From: a virus
Taxonomy: Duplodnaviria > Caudoviricetes
Reading direction: 5' to 3' (one strand)
IMG/VR virus record: IMGVR_UViG_3300010362_000061
Coordinates: 1-34,145 of that record
DNA length: 34,145 bases
Below, one piece after another: positions 7,670-16,314 of this stretch (positions within the stretch are counted from its first letter, which is position 1; each line of letters opens with the position of its first letter). The position numbers and the translations under genes are program-made. The notes under the pieces were generated by a model. It was not told the DNA's origin and ran no database searches. It saw nothing but the letters and a program-made list of their open reading frames with translations.

Positions 7670-9063
7670 CAGCCCACCACCGTCACGCGCTTGCTGTTGG
7701 CGGACACCGACGCCCCGTAGGTGACCGTCACCTGGCCGGTGGCGGCCACCACCACGTCGGGCCACTCGACGGCCCCGCTGGCCTCGTCCTGCACCTGGAC
7801 GAGGAGCCCCCGGGAGGCCCGCAGCCCGTGCGTGGCCTGGGTGATGGTGATCGTCGCCCCCGCCCCGTGGGTCGCGCTGGAGTAGTAGCCCGACTTGGCC
7901 GTCGCCAGCATCGCGTCGGTCACGCCGCCCGTGGTGATGCCCACGGTGTCGGCCGCGACCGTGATGCCAGCGCCCGCCCCCACGTCGAGGGTGTTCGCGG
8001 TCTTGGTCAGCCCGGCCCCGGCCCCGATCTGCCCGGCGGCCGAGAACTGCACCCAGAGGACGGGGCTCGACCCGAGCGTGTCGGTCGTGTTGAACGTGCA
8101 GAGCCAGCCGGTGTCGGCGTTGACCGTGCCCTCCTCCACGAACACGAAGGCGCTGGGGAACTCGGCCGCGGCGTCCATGTCGGTCGCCCGCGTCCAGGCG
8201 CCCGAGGCGGCGACGAAGATGCCGTTCTGGGTCTGGGTGGTCTGGTCCTTGACCAGCACCCGGTTCCCGTTGAGGAGGGTGACGCCGTCGATGGTGAGGA
8301 GGCCACTCTGGACCGTGTTCGCGGTGGTCGCGCACCTGACCGACTGCTTCGCGTCGAGGCCCTGGGTGGTGTTATCGACGTACTGCTTGTTGGCCCCGTC
8401 GGTGGCGGCCGTGGGATCGAGGAGGTTGGTGATCTTCTGGCTGTTCAGGCTCACCGAGCCGGTCGGGGCGGCGATGGTGTCGAGTCGGGTGTTCCCGGCC
8501 ATCGCCTGCTGCGCCCCGGTGCCGAGGGTCCGCATCGAGGCCGTCCCGACCGCCCCGTCCTTGTTGGCCGCCGCCACGTCCACGTCGGTGACGACCCCGG
8601 CGGCGATCTGGGGGCTGGGGTAGGTGCCGGACAGGTCGCCGCTCGCCGTCCCGGTGGGCGTGCGGGCGTCGGTGAAGCGGATGTCGTTCCCGGCGGCGGC
8701 CTGGGTCGCCCCGGTGCCCAGCGTGCGGAGGGAGGCCGTGCCCGCCCCGCCGTCCTTGTTGGCCGCGGCCACGTCGGCGTCCGTGATCACCCCGGCGGCG
8801 ATCTGCGGGCTGGTCGCCGTCCCTGCCAGGTCGCCCGCCAGTTGGATCGTGCCCAGCGCCCCGGTGGTGGCCGGGGGCACCGACGCCGCCCCGCCCCGGG
8901 CCGACACCCACTGCGACCCGTCCCACCAGTAGAGGGTGTTGTCCGCCGTGTTGTAGTACAACTGCCCCGTCAGCGGGGAGGAGGGCGCCGCGCCCAACTG
9001 GTGGATGCGGGGGTTCCGCGCCTCGTACTTGGCGAAGTCGAGCGGGGCTCCGAGGACCGGCAT
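7669..9063 (-). CDS. Tail fibre-like protein with an internal tandem repeat of about 60 aa (464 aa)
   Basis: N-terminal 57 aa closely similar to the 6257-7669 protein; GDLxGTxxSPQIAAGVxTDxDVAAANKDG...RTLGTGAxQAxAGN twice; KQSVRCATTAN...IDGVTL..GNRVLVKDQ...QNGI fibre domain. Confidence 0.8.
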   Translation of the reverse strand: MPVLGAPLDFAKYEARNPRIHQLGAAPSSPLTGQLYYNTADNTLYWWDGSQWVSARGGAASVPPATTGALGTIQLAGDLAGTATSPQIAAGVITDADVAAANKDGGAGTASLRTLGTGATQAAAGNDIRFTDARTPTGTASGDLSGTYPSPQIAAGVVTDVDVAAANKDGAVGTASMRTLGTGAQQAMAGNTRLDTIAAPTGSVSLNSQKITNLLDPTAATDGANKQYVDNTTQGLDAKQSVRCATTANTVQSGLLTIDGVTLLNGNRVLVKDQTTQTQNGIFVAASGAWTRATDMDAAAEFPSAFVFVEEGTVNADTGWLCTFNTTDTLGSSPVLWVQFSAAGQIGAGAGLTKTANTLDVGAGAGITVAADTVGITTGGVTDAMLATAKSGYYSSATHGAGATITITQATHGLRASRGLLVQVQDEASGAVEWPDVVVAATGQVTVTYGASVSANSKRVTVVG

Positions 9064-9090
9064 CCCTCCCCCTCCTCTCCCTGTCCCTGG

Positions 9091-10227
9091 CTAGTTGCAG
9101 AACACCAGGCCGCTCGTCGCGGAGCCGAAGGTGAGCGTGACCTGGGAGGTGTTGTCGTAGTGGACGTCGGGGATGATGGCGGACCCCCCGCTGTCCACCA
9201 CGCTGATCGCGGGGTACTTGCCCAGGTTGTGCGCCACCGTCCAGACCACCGCCGCCGACCCCTGGGTGTGGACGTAGGCGGCGTCCGACCCGCCCCCGCC
9301 CCCGGTCTGGTTGACCCAGCCCGTGGCGTAGTCGGAGGCGCTGCTCTTGGCGAGCACCTGCCCGGTCGCGCCGCCGGTCGGGACGCCCGGGCCGACCAGG
9401 CTGTTGACCTGGACGGGCCACACGACGCCGGTCAGCGCCTGGAAGATCGGCGTGATGCAGAAGGTGTAGTTCGCCAGCACGGTCGTCGGGACGACGTTGA
9501 CGCCGTAGGCGCTGGTGTACCACGTCTGCCACGCCCCGCCCGCCCCGGCGAGGAGGTCGCCGGTCACCAGGGACGAGAGCGGCGTCACGCTGTCGAACTG
9601 GCGGTTGTTGCCCCCGTTGCCGGTGACGGTCGGCGGCGACATCGAGACGAGGTAGTCCGTGGTCGCGACGACCGCCAGCGGCGCGCTGAAGAGAAAGTCC
9701 TTCCAGCCCGCGCCGGTCGAGATCGAGGCCGTGACCTGGGCCAGCTTGGTCGACCCGGCGTTGTCCCAGACGGTGGCGATGTAGCCGTTCAGGTCGGCCC
9801 CGGTCAGCCCCCCGGGGATACGAACGCTGAGGCCCGTGATCCGCCCGTTCGTGGCGAAGCGGTACCGCTGCCCGGCCGTGTAGCCCCCCACGTAGTTGCC
9901 CGAGGGCGCGATGGCGCGACACGCCTGATCGAGCCCGTAGCCACCCGACGACTTCGGCCCGTAGAACCGGTCGGCCACCTCGTCCAGGTAGAAGTCCCCG
10001 TCTCTGCCGATGGCGTTGTCCGGCGCCCCGCTCCCGGAGAGGATCGTCGCGCCCGGCGCCCCCGCGGCCCCCTGCGCGCCGGTCGCCCCTTGTGCCCCCT
10101 GCGCGCCGGTCGCCCCCGCAGGCCCCGTAGCCCCGGTCGCCCCCGCAGGCCCTTGCGGTCCCTGCTCGCCCTGGAGCGCCAGGTCTTGCCAACCGCTGCT
10201 CGTCCGCACGCGGACCGGGTGCGTCAT
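9091..10227 (-). CDS. Collagen-like fibre protein with central beta-sandwich (DUF4082-like) and C-terminal HNLG domain, 378 aa
   Basis: ATG 10227 in ATGA overlap ([16 protein letters not shown]); [19 protein letters not shown]... Gly-X-Y run; [16 protein letters not shown] motif; C-terminal [18 protein letters not shown]. Confidence 0.8.
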   Translation of the reverse strand: MTHPVRVRTSSGWQDLALQGEQGPQGPAGATGATGPAGATGAQGAQGATGAQGAAGAPGATILSGSGAPDNAIGRDGDFYLDEVADRFYGPKSSGGYGLDQACRAIAPSGNYVGGYTAGQRYRFATNGRITGLSVRIPGGLTGADLNGYIATVWDNAGSTKLAQVTASISTGAGWKDFLFSAPLAVVATTDYLVSMSPPTVTGNGGNNRQFDSVTPLSSLVTGDLLAGAGGAWQTWYTSAYGVNVVPTTVLANYTFCITPIFQALTGVVWPVQVNSLVGPGVPTGGATGQVLAKSSASDYATGWVNQTGGGGGSDAAYVHTQGSAAVVWTVAHNLGKYPAISVVDSGGSAIIPDVHYDNTSQVTLTFGSATSGLVFCN

Positions 10228-11006
10228 ACCAGCCACTTGCTCCGGAGGTAGCCCTCGACCGTCTGCCGGTCGGCGTCGGGGAGTTCGCGGTTGTACATCA
10301 CCAACTCCGCGACCTCGCAGTCCATCGTCTCCGAGAGGCCGGTCGCGTCGTAGCCCGACAGCGCGTACTCGCTCCCGATGCTGCCGCTCCCGCCTGCCGG
10401 GCCACCCTTCAGGACCCCGTCCAGAAAGAACCGCGGCACGTAGGTCGTGCCGTCGTGCCTGGCCGTCAACGAGTACAGCTTCCACGTTCCCGGCGACCCC
10501 GTCCAGCCGGTGCCGGTACTGATCCAGCCTTCGAGGTAACAGGAGTCCTGGGCACTCGAATGGAAGCCGACGACGACGTTGCCGGAACTCGGATAGATGC
10601 TCGAATAGGCACGACCAACGTTCGGCCCCCACAGGCGAGTGATGTAGGCCAGCGTGAAGTTGTAGGGCGACAGCGTGGCGCCCGTGTAGACCCCATGCAC
10701 GCCGCGCACCCGCCCCTGGTCTTTACTGAAGCGAATAACCCGCTGACCCTTGAGCGCGTTCGCCCGCACGGTCGGGCCGGGGGTGCCGACGATGTTGCCG
10801 TGGTGCCCGCCGCCCGACAGGTCGGGCCAGGACGCAAGGGCGGCGCCGTCCGCGAGCGCGAGTTGCGAGGCGTCGAGCCACAGGGTCAGCCCCGCAAGCT
10901 GCGTCGGGACGAACGCGGTCGGCCACACCTTCGTCGCGCCGAGGTAGACGGCGCCGACCGCCGTCGTGCCCAGCTTGACCGCCGTCGCGTCTTTGAGGAG
11001 TGGCAT
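10224..11006 (-). CDS. LamG/concanavalin-A-like lectin-fold receptor-binding protein, 260 aa
   Basis: ATG 11006 in TGATG overlap; LTLWLDAS...[10 protein letters not shown]...[12 protein letters not shown]...VEGYLRSKW signature typical of phage LamG-like domains. Confidence 0.75.
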   Translation of the reverse strand: MPLLKDATAVKLGTTAVGAVYLGATKVWPTAFVPTQLAGLTLWLDASQLALADGAALASWPDLSGGGHHGNIVGTPGPTVRANALKGQRVIRFSKDQGRVRGVHGVYTGATLSPYNFTLAYITRLWGPNVGRAYSSIYPSSGNVVVGFHSSAQDSCYLEGWISTGTGWTGSPGTWKLYSLTARHDGTTYVPRFFLDGVLKGGPAGGSGSIGSEYALSGYDATGLSETMDCEVAELVMYNRELPDADRQTVEGYLRSKWLV

Positions 11007-11899
11007 CAGACGATCAGGTACAGCGTGTTCGGGTCCTTGGCGGGCAGCGCGTCGTAGGCCGCCTGCGTGAGGGCCTGCCACTTCGGCCCGTAGACGGCCG
11101 CCTCGTCCGTGTCGATCCACAGCGTCCCGACGTCGGTCACGGCCGGGGCGGTCGGCTGCTCGTAGACCGCGACGGCGCCGGGGGCGCCCGTCGCCCCGGT
11201 CGCCCCGGGCGGGCCGGGCGGGCCGGGGGCGCCGTCCTCGCCGGGCGGGCCGGTCGTGCCCCCCAACTCGACCCAGTTCGTCAGGACGGAGGCCGGGTCG
11301 TCGGCCAGGAGGTAGCTTCTGCCGGTGTCGGAGCGGACGCAGACGTCCCCGGTCTGCGCCGGGAGGGCCAGCATCTCCGCCTGGGAGGCGGCGGTGTAGG
11401 TGTCCGTGATCGCCAGCGGCGGGAGGTACTGGGCGGGGAGCAGGCGCCCCGCGTCCAGGGGCGCGTACCCGTTGGCCTGCCCCTTCTCGGCCGCGCCCTG
11501 GTAACGGGCGTTGCCCTCCGGCTGGGTCAGGTAGGCCGGGTGGGGGTCGGTCGCGGCCTCGTGGGCGGCGACCGCCCCGGCCACCTCCGCATCGGACGCC
11601 TGGGAGGCGGGGTCGGGCTCGATGTCGATCAGGTCGATGGCGGTCGACTTGCCCGGCGCCGTGACCACCATCCGGAGACGCACCGGCTCGTCGCCCCAGA
11701 CCTCGATCTCCCCCGTGGACCCGGTGACGTAGGGCATCACCACCGGGTCGGCGTCGTCCCGCCCGGCGTACAGGAGTCCGGGGTAGGGCGCGCCGTCGTC
11801 GGGGAGGTAGAAGCGGACGGAGGCCCCGGCGAGGATGACCGCCCGCCCGTAGTCGTTGACGACCACGGTGTCGCGGTACAAGTTGCCGTGCCGCGCCAT
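11006..11899 (-). CDS. Fibre/minor virion protein with short collagen tract (297 aa)
   Basis: AHEAATDPHPAYL, KGQANGYAPLD, GPPGEDGAPGPPGPPGATG, GTLWIDTD and C-terminal LTQAAYDALPAKDPNTLYLIV, all motifs common in phage fibre proteins; SD GGGGAGGGG. Confidence 0.75.
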   Translation of the reverse strand: MARHGNLYRDTVVVNDYGRAVILAGASVRFYLPDDGAPYPGLLYAGRDDADPVVMPYVTGSTGEIEVWGDEPVRLRMVVTAPGKSTAIDLIDIEPDPASQASDAEVAGAVAAHEAATDPHPAYLTQPEGNARYQGAAEKGQANGYAPLDAGRLLPAQYLPPLAITDTYTAASQAEMLALPAQTGDVCVRSDTGRSYLLADDPASVLTNWVELGGTTGPPGEDGAPGPPGPPGATGATGAPGAVAVYEQPTAPAVTDVGTLWIDTDEAAVYGPKWQALTQAAYDALPAKDPNTLYLIV

Positions 11900-11922
11900 C
11901 CCGTCCCCTCCCCGCCGTGGGT

Positions 11923-11938
11923 GTCCAGCTAGCTAGAC
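11923..11938. repeat. Dispersed 16-bp palindrome copy (GTCCAGCTAGCTAGAC), intergenic
   Basis: In the 40-bp gap between two CDSs, just upstream of the RBS of the first fibre gene; contains two CTAG tetramers. Confidence 0.85.
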
Positions 11939-11939
11939 G

Positions 11940-12620
11940 TCAGTCGGGCCGCCTCGGTTTCGGCACGTCGTCCGGGTCGGTCATCGGCTTGATCCGGGTG
12001 ATCCGCCCGCCCTGGAAGAGGTCGGTGTTGTGGCGCCTCCGGCGGCGGCGGACGACCAGGGGGACGTAGGTGTACCCCGGGGTGCCCTCCAACTGGCGCC
12101 TGCGGTTCTCCACCTGGGCGGCCACCGGGGCGAGGGCCTCGTAGACCTTCTTGTAGGTGGCCTCCGAGGTGATCCCCAACTCCCACATCGCCTGGAGTTT
12201 GGGCAGCCCCAGCCACCAGACCACGTCCACCACGTCCGGGGTGGAGGCGTCTCCCGTCATGGGGTGGTACTCCCCCATCAGGGAGCCGTCCTTGCGGAAA
12301 GCCGGGTGCGCCCGGGCGGCCGCCTCCAGGTTGCGCCGCTCGATCTGCTCCCGGAGTTGGGCCATCCGGCGCCGGGCGTACTCGTCCCGGAGGTCCTTGG
12401 CGGTAACCGACCGGTAGCGCACCCCGTTGTGGGGCAGCTTCGGCTGGGCCTCCGGCGGCCCATCGCCTGGTACGAGACGTGCAGGCGAGGCGCCGTGCGC
12501 CGGGGCGTCCGACGAGGGACGGTCCGCCACAGGGTCGGGGGGCGGGGCGCCCATCGCCTCGCCCACCGCCTCGTTCACGTCCCGCCACGCGGACGGGTTG
12601 AGGTCGTCCTTGCCGGTCAC
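11940..12620 (-). CDS. Hypothetical protein (226 aa)
   Basis: GTGA overlap with the upstream gene, high GC3, no recognisable motif. Confidence 0.75.
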   Translation of the reverse strand: MTGKDDLNPSAWRDVNEAVGEAMGAPPPDPVADRPSSDAPAHGASPARLVPGDGPPEAQPKLPHNGVRYRSVTAKDLRDEYARRRMAQLREQIERRNLEAAARAHPAFRKDGSLMGEYHPMTGDASTPDVVDVVWWLGLPKLQAMWELGITSEATYKKVYEALAPVAAQVENRRRQLEGTPGYTYVPLVVRRRRRRHNTDLFQGGRITRIKPMTDPDDVPKPRRPD

Positions 12621-13138
12621 GGCTGCGGGGCCGGCTCCGGCGCCGGGGCCTCGGTCCCCGTCCCCGCGGCGCCCGCCTCACCCGGAGCGGGGGCCGGCAT
12701 CGGGCCGGGGCTGGGCGTGCCGGCCAGGGGGCCGTTGGCGGCCAGGGCGTCGTAGCCCTCCAGGACGTCGCCCTGCACGATGGCGAACGGCGTCTCCTCG
12801 GGCTTGTACTCGCCCATCGCGTGGGCGGCCTCCTCGGCCACCGCCTCCGCCTGGGTCCAGGTGCCGGTCATCTTGCGGAGGGCGACCTCGGCCGCCTGCT
12901 TGACGATCTCGTTGTCGTCCAACTCGGACGGCTCCCCGTTGGCCGGGAGGAAGCCGAAGATTTGCTCGGCCGCGCTCTGGCCCACGGCGCACGCCTGGAG
13001 CGCCGGGCCGACCCCCACCGGGTTGGTGTAGCCCACGAAGGTGAGCCCCTTGCGCTCGTAGCGGGTGCGGTTGGTCGGGTCGGCTTGGAGGGTCACGGTG
13101 TCCCCGTCCGCCCGCGTGTAGGTTCCCCAGGTGTCCAT
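12617..13138 (-). CDS. Hypothetical protein, possible head accessory (173 aa)
   Basis: SD AGGAGG (13147-13152) is spaced for ATG 13138; N-terminal motif shared with the upstream gene; Pro/Ala-rich tail. Confidence 0.75.
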   Translation of the reverse strand: MDTWGTYTRADGDTVTLQADPTNRTRYERKGLTFVGYTNPVGVGPALQACAVGQSAAEQIFGFLPANGEPSELDDNEIVKQAAEVALRKMTGTWTQAEAVAEEAAHAMGEYKPEETPFAIVQGDVLEGYDALAANGPLAGTPSPGPMPAPAPGEAGAAGTGTEAPAPEPAPQP

Positions 13139-13150
13139 CCCCACGTCCTC

Positions 13151-14092
13151 CTACTCGGGCATCATCTGCCCGGTCGTCGCCATCTCCACCGCCCCCTCGG
13201 CGGGCCGGCGGTGCAGCCCCCCGATGCGCTCCTGCTCCCGGGAGCGGGCCATCTTGCGGACGAGTTCGTCGCCCCCGCCGAACTCCAGCCCGGCGTAGGC
13301 CGCCCCGTCGTCGGCGTCCTCCTTGGGCGTCCGCTGGCGGGCCTCGATCAGGCGGAAGTTGATCCCCTGGGCGTCCCGCAGCGTGGTCAGCAGCCCCTCC
13401 AACTCCTCGGTCGGGGTGATGTCCAGGTCGCCGGTCAACTCCACCGAGGGGTTGCGCCGGGCGATGCTGCGGATGGTGGTGACCAACTGCGCCCGCTTGC
13501 GCTGCTCCGCCACCACCGCCCGCCGGATCGGGGGCAGCCCCCGGGCGGGGTCGCCCTTCAAGTAGACCCGCTCCTCTTCCGGCCGGAGCACGACGTAGCC
13601 CTTGTCCTCGTAGTAGGCCCGGTTCCCCGGGTCCCCCTGGAGGACGACGATCTCCCCGTCGTCCTTCATGTACAGCAGCATCCGGTGGTTGTAGGCCGGC
13701 GCCCGCTGGACGAGCCCCTTGGGCTTGTTCGTCCGGGAGCGCAACTGCTGCAAGAGGGGGTGGTCGACCTCGGCCGAGACGGGCGGCGGGGGGACGTTGG
13801 AGTTGACCGTCCGGAACGTCCCGTCCTCCCCCCGCACCAGGGTGAGCACCTCCCCGTTGGGGCCGATGGCCTCGATCTCTCGGGGCACCATCGCGGGCCG
13901 CCCGACCGCCCCGACCGCGCCCCCGGTGAACCCGTCCAGCCGGCTGGACTCCTCGACCACCTCGTCCTCCTCGGCGGCCGGGGAGGCGGACGGCTTGGCG
14001 TTGGCGTGGGGCCGGGGGTCCTTCGCCAGGAACCGGGGCTTGTACGGCCCGATGGTCCCGTTCTCTTCGGGGGATCGGGTGACCCTAGCCAT
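13151..14092 (-). CDS. Hypothetical protein immediately downstream of the major capsid gene (313 aa)
   Basis: TAATG overlap with the capsid stop; high GC3. Confidence 0.8.
   Translation of the reverse strand: MARVTRSPEENGTIGPYKPRFLAKDPRPHANAKPSASPAAEEDEVVEESSRLDGFTGGAVGAVGRPAMVPREIEAIGPNGEVLTLVRGEDGTFRTVNSNVPPPPVSAEVDHPLLQQLRSRTNKPKGLVQRAPAYNHRMLLYMKDDGEIVVLQGDPGNRAYYEDKGYVVLRPEEERVYLKGDPARGLPPIRRAVVAEQRKRAQLVTTIRSIARRNPSVELTGDLDITPTEELEGLLTTLRDAQGINFRLIEARQRTPKEDADDGAAYAGLEFGGGDELVRKMARSREQERIGGLHRRPAEGAVEMATTGQMMPE
13934..13949. repeat. Dispersed 16-bp palindrome, perfect copy (GTCCAGCCGGCTGGAC)
   Basis: Perfect palindrome inside a CDS (SSRLD). Confidence 0.85.
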
Positions 14093-14985
14093 TACGCTAC
14101 GCCCTTAAGCCAGACCCCGTGGTCGTCCCGGAGTTCGCCGTGGCCCATGATCTGCTCGCTGGCGATCTTCCACGTGAAATAGTCGATGTCGTAGAAGACG
14201 TGCATCTTGGGCTGCCGCTGCATGACCAGCGCGTAGGCGTCCTTGTGCATGACGACGTTGTTGCCCTGGCCGGCGGCGGGCTTGAAGAGGTTGGTGGTCA
14301 CGTAGGGGGTGAGGTTGTAGATGTCCCGCCCGATCTGCCCCTGGTTGACCTGGACGCCCCCGCCGTTGGTCGTGCTGTCGCCCCGGTAGAGGACGGACAC
14401 CCACTTCTCCAGCCCCAGCTTGTCGTTCTTCTCCGCCGGGGACATGATCAGCACCCGCCCCTCGTCGGGGACGTTGTTGTCGTCCAGGGCCTGGACGGCG
14501 TTCCTGAGGTCGGCGTCCGAGAAGGGCGTGCCGAGGGTGCCGAAGCTGCGGGAGAACCCGGCCACGCCCGTGGACAGCTTGGTGTCCACGTCCTTCGCCA
14601 GGGCGTAGGCCACCTTGTCCTCGTAGGCGGAGCGCAGGTTGATGTGGGACTGGACGTTGACGATATCCTCGATGCCGAACGCGGCGTAATCCCAGATGTT
14701 CAGCACGAGGGCGACCGGCGTCTCGGCCACCGTCTCGTAGGTGATGGCGGTGTTCTCGGTCTTGGCCCGGGCGCCGAGGTCGCTGATGGTGGCGATGATG
14801 ACGCTCTTGCCCACCTTGGCGTCCGACTCGTACTCCCGGTTGACGTGCTGGGCGAAGACGAGGTTCGCCTCCTGCTTGACCAGCACGTTCTTCGACCAGA
14901 TATCCGGCGAGAAGGTGCCCGAGTACCCGGTGCCGCTGGCGTTAGCGATGGTCTGGTCGATGAACTCCGCTACCCCGGTAGCCAT
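14092..14985 (-). CDS. Major capsid protein (P22/T7-like coat family), 297 aa
   Basis: FSPDIWSKNVL..., AYALAKDVD, LDDNNVPDEGRVLIMSP, C-terminal EQIMGHGELRDDHGV pattern; follows a scaffold-like gene. Confidence 0.88.
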   Translation of the reverse strand: MATGVAEFIDQTIANASGTGYSGTFSPDIWSKNVLVKQEANLVFAQHVNREYESDAKVGKSVIIATISDLGARAKTENTAITYETVAETPVALVLNIWDYAAFGIEDIVNVQSHINLRSAYEDKVAYALAKDVDTKLSTGVAGFSRSFGTLGTPFSDADLRNAVQALDDNNVPDEGRVLIMSPAEKNDKLGLEKWVSVLYRGDSTTNGGGVQVNQGQIGRDIYNLTPYVTTNLFKPAAGQGNNVVMHKDAYALVMQRQPKMHVFYDIDYFTWKIASEQIMGHGELRDDHGVWLKGVA

Positions 14986-15010
14986 GCCCGCTCACTCCCT
15001 ACCCTAGACG

Positions 15011-15874
15011 TCAGCCCCCGCGGCCGACGATCTGCATCGCGCGGGGGTCCAGCGCCCGGGTCGGCTTGTAGACCACCCCGGGCTTGAACTGCCCCGTCTT
15101 CATGTCGTAGACCTGGAGCCACTCTTCCTTGGACATCGCGTTGATCTGCTCGTCGGTGATCTGGCGCTGCGTGGGGGCCTTGCCCCCGCCGCTGTCCGCG
15201 ACCGGTTCGGTGCCGTTCATCTCCGCGATCAACCTCGCTCGGAGGGCCGGGGCGATCTTCTCCTCCAGCTTCTTCTGCCGCTCGGGCTGGCCCGCCAGGT
15301 GCTCCGCCTGCGCCTCGATCAGCGCCGGCAGCCACCGCTTGAACCCGCCCGCCCAGTCGACGTCGCCGGGGAGTTCCCCCATCTTCTCCGCGGCGGCCCT
15401 GACCACCTCCGGCGGGAAGCCGCCCGCGATCTCGTCCACCGCGCCCTGCACCGACCCGTAGGCGTCGGAGGTCGCCCGCTCCCGGTACTGGTCGACGTAC
15501 CGCTTCTGGTCCTCCTCCAGTGCCCGCCGCGCCCGACGCTCCCCGAGGGCCTGGTAGTCCCCCCGGCGGGCGGCCGCCAACTCGGCCTGCCGCTCCCGGT
15601 CGGCCTCCCGCTCCCGGGCCAACTGCTCGGCCCGGGCCTGGGCCAGTCGCTCGGCCCGCTCGTTCGCCAACCGGTCCGCCAACCGCCCGGCGATCCCCAT
15701 CACCTTGGGGTTCTTCCGGAGGGTTTCGGGGTCGTACCGTTCGAGGAGTTTGTCGAGGTCGGGGAGTTCCTGCTCGGAGGACGCCTCCTGCGCCTGCCCC
15801 TCGGGCCGCTCCGGTGCCTTCCCCTCGTCGGGGGTCGGGGCCGGGGCTCCCTGCGGAGCCTCACCTTGCGCCAT
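15011..15874 (-). CDS. Capsid scaffolding protein (287 aa)
   Basis: Acidic/Pro N-terminus, long E/R/A coiled coil, C-terminal ITDEQINAMSKEEW motif, directly upstream of capsid; SD AGGA before ATG 15874. Confidence 0.75.
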   Translation of the reverse strand: MAQGEAPQGAPAPTPDEGKAPERPEGQAQEASSEQELPDLDKLLERYDPETLRKNPKVMGIAGRLADRLANERAERLAQARAEQLAREREADRERQAELAAARRGDYQALGERRARRALEEDQKRYVDQYRERATSDAYGSVQGAVDEIAGGFPPEVVRAAAEKMGELPGDVDWAGGFKRWLPALIEAQAEHLAGQPERQKKLEEKIAPALRARLIAEMNGTEPVADSGGGKAPTQRQITDEQINAMSKEEWLQVYDMKTGQFKPGVVYKPTRALDPRAMQIVGRGG

Positions 15875-15989
15875 CGCGTGTCCTGTTCCGCCCGCTCGCT
15901 CGGGTGTCGTCCCCCGTACCCCGCGCACCAGGCCGTCCGTCGACGGTGTGGGCGCGGGCCTGCGGCTTCCGAGGCCCGTTCCGCGGGCT

Positions 15990-16017
15990 AGTGTACTACG
16001 ACTTTCCGGTACGTCTA
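15990..16017 (-). promoter_or_regulatory. Putative sigma70-type promoter for scaffold/capsid genes
   Basis: Minus strand TAGACG (16017-16012) - 16 nt - TACACT (15995-15990), at the upstream edge of the 140-bp non-coding gap before the scaffold gene. Confidence 0.5.
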
Positions 16018-16128
16018 CTTCTTGCCCTTCTTCAGCCAGGGCGGCAGGTTCTTCTTGGCCTTACTGTCCTTCGTGTCCTCCTCGCTCTTGGCCCCGCTCT
16101 TGGGCGGGAACGGCCGCTTGAGTGGCAT
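16015..16128 (-). CDS. Tiny Lys-rich protein (37 aa), absent from the ORF track
   Basis: TGATG overlap; MPLKRPFPPKSGAKSEEDTKDSKAKKNLPPWLKKGKK*. Confidence 0.7.
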   Translation of the reverse strand: MPLKRPFPPKSGAKSEEDTKDSKAKKNLPPWLKKGKK

Positions 16129-16277
16129 CACTTGCTCCTCTTCTTCTTGGCTTGGGCCTCCCGCTGGACGCGGTAGGCGATGGCCGCCGCTTGCTTGGGC
16201 GGCCTCCCCGCCCTGATCTCAGCCGCGATGTTCTCGCTCCTGGCCTTATCTGAAGAACTCCGCTTTAATGGGCTCAT
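16128..16277 (-). CDS. Small basic phage protein (49 aa)
   Basis: SD AGGGAGGT upstream; MSPLKRSSSDKARSENIAAEIRAGRPPKQAAAIAY..., resembling the common small phage family with SxNI...GxxxKQAxAIA. Confidence 0.8.
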   Translation of the reverse strand: MSPLKRSSSDKARSENIAAEIRAGRPPKQAAAIAYRVQREAQAKKKRSK

Positions 16278-16314
16278 GGGTGGGACAACCTCCCTCGCTT
16301 CAAAGGAGCCCTGT

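Noticed and set aside
10050-10175. 9-bp-period tandem DNA repeats
   Set aside because: Explained by the collagen Gly-X-Y coding tract
6257-11006. Diversity-generating retroelement acting on fibre genes
   Set aside because: No reverse transcriptase in the window and no repeat pair differing specifically at adenines was noticed
14092-14130. Programmed frameshift extending the capsid protein (T7 10B-like)
   Set aside because: No slippery heptamer seen near the stop; a simple TAATG coupling explains the junction
15890-15988. tRNA gene
   Set aside because: Multi-hairpin but no TTC T-loop, D-loop GG, 7-nt anticodon loop or acceptor/CCA geometry
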